Source: Marinobacter sp.
GTDB lineage: Bacteria; Pseudomonadota; Gammaproteobacteria; Pseudomonadales; Oleiphilaceae
Assembly (NCBI RefSeq): GCF_048266785.1
Contig: NZ_JBLWYX010000009.1
Span: 52,325-116,324, forward strand
DNA length: 64,000 bases
Direction of reading: 5' to 3'
Within the stretch, counting starts at the first letter, position 1. Every line of letters begins with the position of its first letter. The position numbers and the translations under genes are program-made. Below the pieces are notes generated by a model. It searched no databases and was not told the origin of the DNA. It worked only from the letters and a program-made list of their open reading frames with translations. This document shows positions 48,401 through 57,976 of the stretch, one piece after another.

Positions 48401-49342
48401 TTACAGAACTTTCTTCAGCTCTTCTTCAAGTTGCGGTACTGCTTCAAACAGATCCGCGACCAGGCCGTAATCGGCAACCTGGAAGATCGGCGCTTCTTCA
48501 TCCTTGTTGATCGCAACGATCACCTTGGAATCGGACATGCCGGCCAGGTGCTGAATGGCACCGGAGATACCTACCGCCACATACAGCTGCGGCGCAACAA
48601 TCTTACCGGTCTGGCCTACCTGCATGTCGTTGGGCACAAAACCTGCGTCAACAGCGGCACGGGATGCACCCATACCGGCACCCAGCAGATCAGCAATCTT
48701 TTCCAGCATCTTGAAGTTCTCGCCGTTCTGCATACCGCGACCACCGGAGATAACAATGCCGGCACTGGCCAGATCCGGGCGGTCAGACTTGGCTTTTTCC
48801 TCGCTGACAAACGAGGAGAGGCCAGCGTCTTTCACAACGTCCAGCTGCTCTACAGAAGCGGAACCACCTTCAGCGGCGACCGGGTCGAAACCTGTCGGGC
48901 GCACGGTGATTACCTTGATGCTGTCGCTGGCCTTAACCGTTGCGATGGCGTTACCGGCGTAGATCGGACGAACAAAGGTGTCTTCCGACTCAACGCGGAT
49001 AATGTCGGATACCTGGGCAACGTCCAGCAGCGCAGCAACGCGCGGCATGAAGTCCTTACCCGTAGTACCTGCAGATGAAAGGATGTGGCTGTAGCCTTTG
49101 CCCAGCTCAGCAACCAGCTCGCCCAGGTTCTCACCCAGGAAGTGGCCATAAACTGCGTTGTCAGCAACCAATACCTTTGCGACACCTTCGGCCTTGGCTG
49201 CTGCTTCTGCAACGGCACCACAGTTTTCACCGGCAACCAGCACATCAATATCGCCGCCGATGGCTTTGGCAGCCGCTACAACACTCAGGGTCGCCTGCTT
49301 CAGGCTGCTGTTGTCGTGTTCAGCAATTACAAGGATGCTCAT
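48401..49342 (-). CDS. etfA: Electron transfer flavoprotein alpha subunit
   Basis: RPIYAGNA, SGGRG, GASRAAVDAG, QVGQTGK, GISGAIQHLAGM. Confidence 0.97.
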   Translation of the reverse strand: MSILVIAEHDNSSLKQATLSVVAAAKAIGGDIDVLVAGENCGAVAEAAAKAEGVAKVLVADNAVYGHFLGENLGELVAELGKGYSHILSSAGTTGKDFMPRVAALLDVAQVSDIIRVESEDTFVRPIYAGNAIATVKASDSIKVITVRPTGFDPVAAEGGSASVEQLDVVKDAGLSSFVSEEKAKSDRPDLASAGIVISGGRGMQNGENFKMLEKIADLLGAGMGASRAAVDAGFVPNDMQVGQTGKIVAPQLYVAVGISGAIQHLAGMSDSKVIVAINKDEEAPIFQVADYGLVADLFEAVPQLEEELKKVL

Positions 49343-50091
49343 CAGATCACCTTCGCTTCATTCTTCAGTTTATCGACCAGCTCGGCAACATCAGCCACTT
49401 TCACACCTGCCTGGCGGGCAGCCGGTGCTTCAACTTTCAAAGTGGTCAGGCGCGGCTTGATTTCAACACCAAGGTCGGCCGGGCTCATAACATCAAGTGG
49501 CTTTTTCTTGGCTTTCATGATGTTCGGCAAAGACGCGTAGCGCGGCTCGTTCAAACGCAGGTCTGTGGTTACAACCGCTGGCAGGTTCAGGGAAACGGTC
49601 ATAAGACCACCGTCTACCTCACGGGTAACATTCACTTTTTCGCCATCAACAACAACTTCTGACGCGAAAGTGCCTTGGGCCATGCCGGTCAGTGCGGCCA
49701 ACATCTGGCCTGTCTGATTGTTATCAGAGTCGATGGACTGTTTGCCGAGAATGACGAGCTTTGGCTCTTCTTTCTCAACAACGGCCTTAAGTAACTTGGC
49801 CGCCTCAAGAGACTGAACTTCCTCATCGGCTTCAATGTGGATACCACGGTCAGCGCCCAGCGCCAGTGCAGTACGAATCTGCTCCTGACAGGCTTTGGGA
49901 CCAATGGAAACCACGACGATTTCGCTGGCAACACCCTTTTCTTTCAGGCGAACCGCTTCTTCAACAGCGATTTCGCAGAATGGGTTCATTGCCATTTTGA
50001 CGTTGGCAAGATCAACACCAGTGTTATCCGGCTTGACGCGTACCTTTACGTTGTAGTCGATTACTCGTTTTACAGCGACCAGAACCTTCAT
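49342..50091 (-). CDS. etfB: Electron transfer flavoprotein beta subunit
   Basis: [42 protein letters not shown]. Confidence 0.97.
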   Translation of the reverse strand: MKVLVAVKRVIDYNVKVRVKPDNTGVDLANVKMAMNPFCEIAVEEAVRLKEKGVASEIVVVSIGPKACQEQIRTALALGADRGIHIEADEEVQSLEAAKLLKAVVEKEEPKLVILGKQSIDSDNNQTGQMLAALTGMAQGTFASEVVVDGEKVNVTREVDGGLMTVSLNLPAVVTTDLRLNEPRYASLPNIMKAKKKPLDVMSPADLGVEIKPRLTTLKVEAPAARQAGVKVADVAELVDKLKNEAKVI

Positions 50092-50397
50092 AGATTCCTC
50101 GTTCTTCTACGATGGGTTAATGACTCTCAATCAAAAACACTCCAAGACTGGCCCTGCATGGGCGGGTTACAGAGCATTCTCGATTGCTGCGTCTCGGCAA
50201 GATACCGGAATTATGGGTATTCAGACCGAACGTTACAAACAGCGGCCTCGCACTGGGGCCATCCGTCACGGCGCACTAATACTGAAGGCAAAGGCAAGGT
50301 GGGTCAATAGTCCAATTAGACGCCCAACGCATGGTTCCCGGGCCAATCAGCCTTTATTAAAGCACAAAACCACAATGCCAAAGCTGCGGCCAGATTT

Positions 50398-50415
50398 CAA
50401 ACAAACGTTTGTTTG
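50398..50415. promoter_or_regulatory. Perfect palindrome matching the PsrA-type operator
   Basis: CAAACAAACGTTTGTTTG between divergent etfB and ETF-QO; matches C/GAAAC-N2-4-GTTTG/C. Confidence 0.7.
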
Positions 50416-50547
50416 ATTACTTGAATACGCTATCCTTTGATTGTATAAAACTGGAGTATTCAGCTAAGGGTAGTCGTCTGAGGATACTTTTAACGGTATG
50501 ATGACACACCAGAAATTAAGCCTGCGGGCACATAATATCCATTAAAG

Positions 50548-52218
50548 ATGTTTGAGGAGACCAACGTGGAACGCGAATCGATGGAATTTGATGTTCTTAT
50601 CGTCGGCGGCGGCCCTGCTGGCTTGTCGGCAGCTTGCCGAGTTATGCAGTTGGCACAGGAAGCCGGCGAAGAACTGACCGTATGTGTTGTAGAGAAAGGA
50701 TCTGAAATCGGCGCTCACATACTGGCCGGTACTGTATTTGAGCCTACCGCCCTTAACGAACTTTTTCCGGACTGGAAAGAGAAAGGCGCACCGCTGAATA
50801 CGCCCGTTACCCGCGACGATATTTTCCTGCTGAAAAACCAGGAAAAAGCCACGAAGATTCCGAACGCCTTTGTGCCCAAGAACATGCACAACCACGGCAA
50901 CTATATTATCAGCCTCGGTAACCTTTGCCGCTGGCTTGCCGAGCAGGCTGAAGCGCTGGGCGTTGAAGTTTACCCAGGTTTTGCCGCAGCTGAGACCATC
51001 ATTGAAGATGGTCAGGTAAAAGGTATTCTTACCGGAGACATGGGTGTCGCTCGCGACGGCTCTGAAAAAGAAGGCTATATGCCGGGCATGGAGCTGCGTG
51101 CAAAGTACACGCTGTTCTCGGAAGGCTGTCGTGGGCACCTGGGTAAGCGCCTGATCAGTGAGTTCAAACTGGATGAAGGCAAAGACCCCCAGCACTACGG
51201 CATTGGTATCAAGGAACTGTGGGACATCGACCCGGCCAAGCATGAGCCAGGCCTGGTTGTTCACACGACCGGCTGGCCCCTGAATGAAAGTGGTTCCACT
51301 GGTGGTTCTTTCCTTTATCACCTTGAGAACGGCCAGGTTTATGTAGGCCTGATTTCAGATCTTTCCTACAGCAACCCACACTTGAACCCCTTCGAAGAAT
51401 TCCAGCGCCTGAAATTGCACCCGGAAATCCGTAAGTATCTGGAAGGAGGTAAGCGTGTTTCTTACGGCGCTCGTGCTCTGACCAAGGGTGGCTACAATGC
51501 TCTTCCAAAAATGAGCTTCCCGGGTGGTTTGCTGCTGGGTTGTGATGCGGGCACTCTGAACAGTTCCAAGATCAAAGGCTCACATACTGCGATGAAATCC
51601 GGTCTGCTAGGCGCAGAAGCCGTGTTTGAAGCTCTGAAAAGTGGCCAGTCTGGCGAGGAAATTACCAGCTTTGGTGATCGCTTCAAGGAAAGTTGGCTCT
51701 ACAAAGAGCTGTACGATGAGCGCAACTTTGGCCCAGGAATGCACAAGTTCGGCAACATCATCGGTGGTGCGATCGCGTACTTTGAGCAGAACATTCTGCA
51801 CAGAAGCCTGCCGTTTACTCTCCGTGATCTGACGCCAGACTACGCGACGATGAAGCCGGCATCTGAGTGCAAAAAGATTAATTATCCGAAGCCGGATAAC
51901 AAGCTGACCTTCGATCGCCTGACGTCGGTGTTTGTTTCCAACACCAACCACGCGGAAAATCAGCCGATTCATCTCAAGCTGACGGATCCCGATATTCCCA
52001 TCGACGTAAACCTGCCGAAATACGATGAGCCTGCTCAGCGTTATTGCCCTGCCGGGGTTTATGAGGTGGTTGAGAAGGATGACGGAAGCGGTAAGCAATT
52101 CCAGATCAACGCGCAGAACTGTGTTCACTGCAAGACGTGTGACATCAAGGATCCTTCCCAGAATATTACCTGGGTAACGCCGGAAGGTGGCGGTGGACCG
52201 AACTACCCCAACATGTAG
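50548..52218 (+). CDS. ETF-ubiquinone oxidoreductase
   Basis: GGGPAGL, EKGSEIGAH, KIKGSHTAMKSG, 4Fe-4S CPAGVYE..CVHCKTCDIKDP. Confidence 0.97.
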   Translation: MFEETNVERESMEFDVLIVGGGPAGLSAACRVMQLAQEAGEELTVCVVEKGSEIGAHILAGTVFEPTALNELFPDWKEKGAPLNTPVTRDDIFLLKNQEKATKIPNAFVPKNMHNHGNYIISLGNLCRWLAEQAEALGVEVYPGFAAAETIIEDGQVKGILTGDMGVARDGSEKEGYMPGMELRAKYTLFSEGCRGHLGKRLISEFKLDEGKDPQHYGIGIKELWDIDPAKHEPGLVVHTTGWPLNESGSTGGSFLYHLENGQVYVGLISDLSYSNPHLNPFEEFQRLKLHPEIRKYLEGGKRVSYGARALTKGGYNALPKMSFPGGLLLGCDAGTLNSSKIKGSHTAMKSGLLGAEAVFEALKSGQSGEEITSFGDRFKESWLYKELYDERNFGPGMHKFGNIIGGAIAYFEQNILHRSLPFTLRDLTPDYATMKPASECKKINYPKPDNKLTFDRLTSVFVSNTNHAENQPIHLKLTDPDIPIDVNLPKYDEPAQRYCPAGVYEVVEKDDGSGKQFQINAQNCVHCKTCDIKDPSQNITWVTPEGGGGPNYPNM

Positions 52219-52234
52219 TTTCGGAATCAGGATC

Positions 52235-52263
52235 AAAAACGGCCCCGTGTGGGCCGTTTTTTT
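52235..52263 (+). terminator. Intrinsic terminator after ETF-QO
   Basis: AAAAACGGCCC-cgtgt-GGGCCGTTTTTTT. Confidence 0.85.
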
Positions 52264-52286
52264 ATGTCGTTTATTCTATCAGTCAT

Positions 52287-52315
52287 AAAAAAACGACTCC
52301 CGTGGGAGCCGTTTT
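52287..52315 (-). terminator. Intrinsic terminator after slyD
   Basis: Minus strand AAAACGGCTCCC-ac-GGGAGTCGTTTTTTT. Confidence 0.8.
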
Positions 52316-52335
52316 CGATGACGCGTTAAAGCAAC

Positions 52336-52797
52336 TTAGTGAGCGTGGCCGTGCTCTTGCTCTTCATCGGTCGCGTCGCGAGCTTCGATAACCTCTACAT
52401 CAAAGTGCAGAGTTTCGCCCGCCAATGGGTGGTTCGCGTCGATGGTAACGGTTTCTTCGTTCACTTCAACAACACGAACAACCTGAGGGCCGCCCGGAGT
52501 TTGTGCCTGGAACTGCATACCCGGCTCAATGGTTTCTACACCTTCGAAGGCAGTACGCGGAACGGGCTGAACCAGTTCTTCGTTGACTTCACCGTAGCCT
52601 TCAGCCGGCTCTACAGAAACCTTAACCTGGTCGCCTGCGTTCTTTTCATTCAGTGCACTTTCCAGTCCACCGATGATGTTCTGTGAACCTTCCAGATAAG
52701 ACAACGGCTCACGACCTTCTCCGCGAGAGGAGTCCAGCTCTTCTCCCTGGTTGTTGGTGAGCGTGTAATGGATGGTAACAACGCGAGGTTGGGCCAT
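52336..52797 (-). CDS. slyD: FKBP-type peptidyl-prolyl isomerase SlyD (short His tail)
   Basis: VTIHYTL, VEPAEGYG, DANHPLAG, EQEHGHAH. Confidence 0.93.
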   Translation of the reverse strand: MAQPRVVTIHYTLTNNQGEELDSSRGEGREPLSYLEGSQNIIGGLESALNEKNAGDQVKVSVEPAEGYGEVNEELVQPVPRTAFEGVETIEPGMQFQAQTPGGPQVVRVVEVNEETVTIDANHPLAGETLHFDVEVIEARDATDEEQEHGHAH

Positions 52798-52997
52798 GTG
52801 ATCTCCTTGAGTGTCGCAATGACTGTTTGATTGATTAAGGGTAATCGAAAGTAATCATGAACAGCCAGACTGAACAGAGGGACTAACGACCACCGGGCCT
52901 CGTTTGAGAGCCAGGCTCGTAACAAGTATGAAAACACAGTTTAACAAGTGACATAATGTGTTTTCTACCGTCATTTCTGGGGGCACCCAAAAGCTTT

Positions 52998-53579
52998 TCA
53001 ACCGCCCTGCCCGATTTTGTAGAAATTTCCGTGGCTGTATACGCCCAGTACCGGCTCTCCGCCGATGGTTTGCTCCACAACATGCTCCGCCAGGTCGTAA
53101 TACGCGGCGGTCACCAGCCGGGCAACAACACCGTGGCGCACGCGAACTATGGGCCGGGGCTGCCCCGAGCCCTCATAGTTATCGACTTCCAGAGGGTGCT
53201 CATTGCCAACTTCCAGGGTTTCTCCCACGTTGGTGATCAGCTTTATGACCTGCTGCTCGCCGCTCCCTTCAACTGTAAGGGAGTGGGCCAGCAAAGGCGT
53301 GTCCTCGACCTGAATTCGCCATTTCTCTACCGGTGTTACCAGGTAATATTGCTCGTCGTCCTCACGGCGAAGAATGGTCGAGAACAGCTTTACGATAGCT
53401 TCGCGGCCCAGTGGTTTACCCTTGTGAATCCACTGCCCATCACGACTTATGCGCAGATCCATGTCTCCGGATAGTTCCGGATGCCACTTATCAAGCGGTG
53501 GCTGATCGAGGTTCTTTGCGGTTTTATTAACTTGCTCGACTAGATTTTCCGGGCTCTGGCTCATATCTATGCTCCGCAA
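52998..53579 (-). CDS. DUF1285 family protein
   Basis: PPLDKWHP, MDLRISRDGQWIHKG, LVTPVEKWRIQVEDTP. Confidence 0.88.
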   Translation of the reverse strand: MRSIDMSQSPENLVEQVNKTAKNLDQPPLDKWHPELSGDMDLRISRDGQWIHKGKPLGREAIVKLFSTILRREDDEQYYLVTPVEKWRIQVEDTPLLAHSLTVEGSGEQQVIKLITNVGETLEVGNEHPLEVDNYEGSGQPRPIVRVRHGVVARLVTAAYYDLAEHVVEQTIGGEPVLGVYSHGNFYKIGQGG

Positions 53580-53588
53580 ACCGGTAAT

Positions 53589-54485
53589 TTATAAACCACG
53601 TTGCCACTCAGGCCGCAGTGGCACTGCGCCCGGGCTTGTGATGGCAAGATTAACCTGGTCCAACAGCTTCTGTTTGTCGCGTCCCAGGTTTCCTTTCAGA
53701 ACAAGGTAATTCGAGGCGTGGTCACTCCTGAACACCGTTCGCTCCAGATTCAGGTGTTCCAGAAACGTTCGAATCTCCTCAAACAAACCTTGCTGCGAAA
53801 GAGACACAAAATCCTCTCCAAAGCCTTCGCGGAAACGCTCTTCGCCCTGCGGAAAGCTGACCACCAGCGTAGACAGATAGTCCGGCTGGGTTTCGTTGCA
53901 CAAGGTTGCAGTGTTGATGGCGTGTTGGCGAGAAAGTGTCTCACCGCCCAAGCCATTGAGCACCATAACGGAACTGGTTAGCCCGGCTTCCCGGATTTTC
54001 AGCAGTGCTGACCGAGTGGACTCCCAGGTTTCTCCTTTGTTAATGCGCCGCAACACCTCGTCGTCCCCGGATTCCATGCCCACGTAGAGAATCTTTAGCC
54101 CGGCTTCGCGCAGCTGTGCAAGCTCTTCTACGGTTTTTTTGACAAGATTTTTGGGGAGGCAGTAACTGGATACTCGCTGCAGATCCGGGAAGGCAGCGTT
54201 CAGCTCTCCCAGAATCTCCAGCAACCGCCGGGTTGGCAGCACCATGGCGTCACCATCCGCCAGAAAAACCCGTTTTACGCCGCTCAGGTTTTTGGCAGCA
54301 TTCTCAATATCCTGGCGAACATCTTCTGGCTTACGGGCCCGGAATTTTTTCTGAGGCTGTGTGTACATTTCGCAGAAGGTACATTTATTCCATGAACAAC
54401 CATTGGTAACCGGCAGGATCAGTGACTTCGCTTCACTGGGCGGTCGGAAAACCGGCTCGACATAATCAATAGGAAAGCTGTACAT
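53589..54485 (-). CDS. Radical SAM protein of unknown function
   Basis: CSWNKCTFC, FLADGDA, YVGMESG, FRSDHASNY. Confidence 0.9.
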   Translation of the reverse strand: MYSFPIDYVEPVFRPPSEAKSLILPVTNGCSWNKCTFCEMYTQPQKKFRARKPEDVRQDIENAAKNLSGVKRVFLADGDAMVLPTRRLLEILGELNAAFPDLQRVSSYCLPKNLVKKTVEELAQLREAGLKILYVGMESGDDEVLRRINKGETWESTRSALLKIREAGLTSSVMVLNGLGGETLSRQHAINTATLCNETQPDYLSTLVVSFPQGEERFREGFGEDFVSLSQQGLFEEIRTFLEHLNLERTVFRSDHASNYLVLKGNLGRDKQKLLDQVNLAITSPGAVPLRPEWQRGL

Positions 54486-54528
54486 AATCTGTACTCAATC
54501 AATAGAAGTGACCCTGATCATAAACTAA

Positions 54529-54978
54529 TCAGGGCAAAAACTGGGTTTTCAAGTCTGCGCAGCCTGGGCCAACCACGGGCATATCGAGAACCACCGCCTG
54601 CGCGGTCATAAAAGGAATACCGCGACGATGCCCGTCAACCAGCAGCGTTGCGAGGCTTCCGACCAAGGGCATATGGGAGACAAGCATGAGCGGTGAATGC
54701 TGATTTTCAAGGAGGGCGTCCAGACACAACCCGGGGTCGTCTTCCGGTGTAATGAATATCTTCTCTTCTACGGGGCAGTTCAGGATCTCGGAGACAATCG
54801 CCGCTGTTTGCCTTGCTCGAGTATAAGGACTGCTCCAGATTTGTACCGGCCGCCAGGGTGAGGCGGCAATTTGAGCCGCGCACTCCGCGACCTGGTGCCG
54901 ACCGGTTTCAGTGAGCATGCGCTCCTGATCAAGCGAGTGCCAACCAGCTTCTCCGTGGCGCATAATGAGCAGTTGCAC
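54529..54978 (-). CDS. sixA: Phosphohistidine phosphatase
   Basis: MRHGEA, SSPYTRARQT, VSHMP. Confidence 0.9.
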   Translation of the reverse strand: MQLLIMRHGEAGWHSLDQERMLTETGRHQVAECAAQIAASPWRPVQIWSSPYTRARQTAAIVSEILNCPVEEKIFITPEDDPGLCLDALLENQHSPLMLVSHMPLVGSLATLLVDGHRRGIPFMTAQAVVLDMPVVGPGCADLKTQFLP

Positions 54979-55003
54979 AGCTAACCTCCGGTGGTGATTC
55001 CCG

Positions 55004-56077
55004 TTACTCGGCGATTGTCCGTGGCAGAATGAACTCTACATCAGAGTTCTGCACAGACATCATAAGGCTGTTGATGACTGCGGTGATGGAAGCACCTTCG
55101 TAGAGGATTTCATAAAGGCCGCGGACCAGAGGCATATATATGCCGATAGACTCTGCTTTCTCTTTCACCAGCTCAAGAGTATAGATCCCCTCCGCCACCT
55201 GGCCCAATTCAGCGACCGCGTCATCCAGATTCTGGCCCTGCCCAACGGCATAGCCAATCCTGAAGTTACGGCTTTTTGAAGATGTGCAGGTAACGATCAG
55301 ATCCCCTACACCCGCCAGCCCCATAAAGGTCATGGGATTAGCGCCCAGGCTTACTGCGAACCGGCTCATTTCTGCCAACCCGCGCGTAATCAACATCGCC
55401 TTGGCGTTTTCGCCCATGCTCAGAGCCGAGGCAAGGCCGGCCACAATGGCATAGATGTTCTTGAGGGCCCCGGCAAGTTCCACTCCGTAAATGTCTACGT
55501 TGGCATAGACACGAAAGTACTGGCAGCTAACCAGATCCTGAACGGTTCGGCGCACGTCCGGATCCTTGGCCGCAATTACGGTTGCGGTCAGGTCACGGCT
55601 TACAATTTCACTCGCCAGGTTTGGACCACTTAACACGCCAATGCGGCAGCGGGGTATCTCTTCCTGGAGAATTTCACTCATAAGCTTGAAGCCGTGAGCC
55701 TCAATGCCCTTGGTCAGGCTAACAACAATCTGCCCGTCCCGGAATTTGCTGCTATTTTCACGAATAACCGCGCGGAAGGCCTTACTTGGAATGGCAACAA
55801 GTACGAGTTCGGCTTTATCTAAGGCGCTAGCGAAATCGGTGGTAGGCTGGATGTCGCCTTTAATCTCTACGCCAGGCATGTAACGGCTGTTTATGCGGGT
55901 TGTGCGGATTTCTTCAACCTGCGCGTCATCACGCATCCAGAAATGGACCCGGTGGCCGTTCTCCCCGAGTACTTTTGCCATGGCAGAACCGAAGCTGCCT
56001 CCGCCGAGAACCGCTACATCGTGTACCGGCTCTTTGGCCCCATTCGCAAAGGGCTCATTTTTTTCAGGCATAGTCAT
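55004..56077 (-). CDS. gpsA: NAD(P)H-dependent glycerol-3-phosphate dehydrogenase
   Basis: GGGSFG, LSGPNLA, GALKNIYAI, GVGDLIVTC, SRNFRIG, VAEG. Confidence 0.96.
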   Translation of the reverse strand: MTMPEKNEPFANGAKEPVHDVAVLGGGSFGSAMAKVLGENGHRVHFWMRDDAQVEEIRTTRINSRYMPGVEIKGDIQPTTDFASALDKAELVLVAIPSKAFRAVIRENSSKFRDGQIVVSLTKGIEAHGFKLMSEILQEEIPRCRIGVLSGPNLASEIVSRDLTATVIAAKDPDVRRTVQDLVSCQYFRVYANVDIYGVELAGALKNIYAIVAGLASALSMGENAKAMLITRGLAEMSRFAVSLGANPMTFMGLAGVGDLIVTCTSSKSRNFRIGYAVGQGQNLDDAVAELGQVAEGIYTLELVKEKAESIGIYMPLVRGLYEILYEGASITAVINSLMMSVQNSDVEFILPRTIAE

Positions 56078-56134
56078 TCCGTCTGTTTTGAATCAGCTCT
56101 GAATCAGCGGGCCCGGGATTATAAACGCGGCGTC

Positions 56135-56635
56135 TCAGCCGGGCTCTTCACATTCCAGCGCGCGCACCAGATTTTTGAACTCTTCCCGATTTTGTTTATT
56201 CAGCCCCATAAGCACTTTATGGGCGGCCAGAACTCTGTCGCGAACGTCTTGCTCACTAGCCCTCAGCACGGGTATTTCTTCGAGTTCTTCGATACGGGAG
56301 GCAGGCTCGCGGACAATAATGAAGATTTTGTCGAAGCCCATGGAGGTGACAATACGGGTAATGTCCGGGTTGGTCGTAATCAGCGTAGGCAAAAAGTTGC
56401 TTTGCTTCTGGGCCGCCATCGCGATTTTAGCGATGAGACCAAGAGTCGTGCTATCGATGATTTCGGTTTCTGTAAGATCAATCACCACGGTCTTGAATAG
56501 CGGATCCAAGGTGATGGAATCAACCAGATTATCCAGCGTACAGCAAAGGTTAAGCCGGATTTCTCCAATGAACTTCAGGACGTAAATGCCCTGTTTTTCA
56601 GCCTGCAGAATTTTATAACCAGCCATGTCTCTCAC
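56135..56635 (-). CDS. rssC: STAS-domain anti-anti-sigma protein (RssC-like)
   Basis: VLKFIGEIR, IDSTTLGLIAKI, SMGFDKIF. Confidence 0.8.
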   Translation of the reverse strand: MRDMAGYKILQAEKQGIYVLKFIGEIRLNLCCTLDNLVDSITLDPLFKTVVIDLTETEIIDSTTLGLIAKIAMAAQKQSNFLPTLITTNPDITRIVTSMGFDKIFIIVREPASRIEELEEIPVLRASEQDVRDRVLAAHKVLMGLNKQNREEFKNLVRALECEEPG

Positions 56636-56642
56636 ACTGCTA

Positions 56643-57863
56643 CTATTTCAACGACGTGTTGTCTGACACCAAAACCGTATCAGTAACCGTCACAATACCG
56701 ATGTCGTCCGGTAACTCTGTGATCTCGTCGAGGTTCAGAGCCTCGCTAAGAGATGCGACAGTGTGACGACCTCCAGATACGAGTTCAAGTAGTCTCTGCT
56801 CCTTTTCATCAAGACTCTTTTGTCGGATGACTTCAAGAATTCCATCTGAAAACAGAATCAGGTGAAAAGGTTTATCCAGCGGGACTTCGTACACTTCCCA
56901 CTTCGGTGATTCAAAAAGACCGACAGGAAGGCCGCTGCCCTTCAGAAATGCCGTCTCCCCATCTTCAAAGGAGAGAACTGGCATCGGGAAATGAGCACCC
57001 ACCGAATAAGTTAATTTACGCTCACTAAGGGAAATGATGCCAACAAATATTGTAACGTGTTTGCCCAGGCCGGTATCGAGCAACTCCGAGTTAATTCGCT
57101 CAAGAAATCTGTCGGGGTAGAGAATGTCGTCAGTGGATCCACGGCGAAGGTTGCGCTGCAACCGATTGCTGAGGTTTTTCAGGAGCACGGTCACAAACGC
57201 GGAACTGGCCCCATGCCCGGATACATCGGCAATATATACCAGCGTCTTGTCTTCAGTGAGTGGAAAATAATCGAGGAAGTCGCCGCTCAGGTATAAAGAG
57301 GGTTTAATCAGGTGATCCACATAAAGGCCGCCGGTAAACTGCTCCTTTTCCGGTAACATTCGCAACTGTACTTTGCGCCCTGCCCTCTGATCCGCGCGCA
57401 ACTCGGCGATTCCGTCTCTCAGATCACGATTGGCATCTTCCAGTTCCTGGCGGTAGAGCTGGTTCAAGCGCCCCAGCCGAACCCGGTCAAGGAGCTTGCG
57501 TATGACGTCGCCAATGGCTTTTTTGTCTCTACCGCAGGGTTTGAGCACAAAGTCAGAAGCCCCTGCGCGAAGCGCATCAACAACGTCTTTACTGGATTGG
57601 GTAACGGAACAGGCAACGATTGGAGTGAGTGACTCTGATTCTTCCAGACGGTCAGCAAGACCCTCGATTTCGGGGGGCGGGAGATCTGCAAAGATAACGT
57701 CGGGCATGTTATCGTCAATCATTTCGCCGGCAGACGCGAGATCGCGATAACCAGAGACGTAAAATCCTCTCGTTTCCAGGTAGCGCGCAAGGTCAGCGCG
57801 AGCCTTTTCGTCTGAGTCAATAATCAGTATGCGAATTAGTAGGCGCCTGTTGCGCGAGGTCAT
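56643..57863 (-). CDS. rssB: Response regulator with SpoIIE/PP2C domain (RssB-like)
   Basis: REC domain, coiled coil, PSLYLSGDFLDYF, IADVSGHGASSA, LFSDG, PDD. Confidence 0.85.
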   Translation of the reverse strand: MTSRNRRLLIRILIIDSDEKARADLARYLETRGFYVSGYRDLASAGEMIDDNMPDVIFADLPPPEIEGLADRLEESESLTPIVACSVTQSSKDVVDALRAGASDFVLKPCGRDKKAIGDVIRKLLDRVRLGRLNQLYRQELEDANRDLRDGIAELRADQRAGRKVQLRMLPEKEQFTGGLYVDHLIKPSLYLSGDFLDYFPLTEDKTLVYIADVSGHGASSAFVTVLLKNLSNRLQRNLRRGSTDDILYPDRFLERINSELLDTGLGKHVTIFVGIISLSERKLTYSVGAHFPMPVLSFEDGETAFLKGSGLPVGLFESPKWEVYEVPLDKPFHLILFSDGILEVIRQKSLDEKEQRLLELVSGGRHTVASLSEALNLDEITELPDDIGIVTVTDTVLVSDNTSLK

Positions 57864-57976
57864 GGCTACTGCCCTAAACTACCAGCGATAAACGAAAAAT
57901 GGGGTTTCAGAGCCTATTTTGGCACGCCCCCGTGATATAACAAGGCCAGTTTGGCGAAATCCGGAGATTCCTGCGA

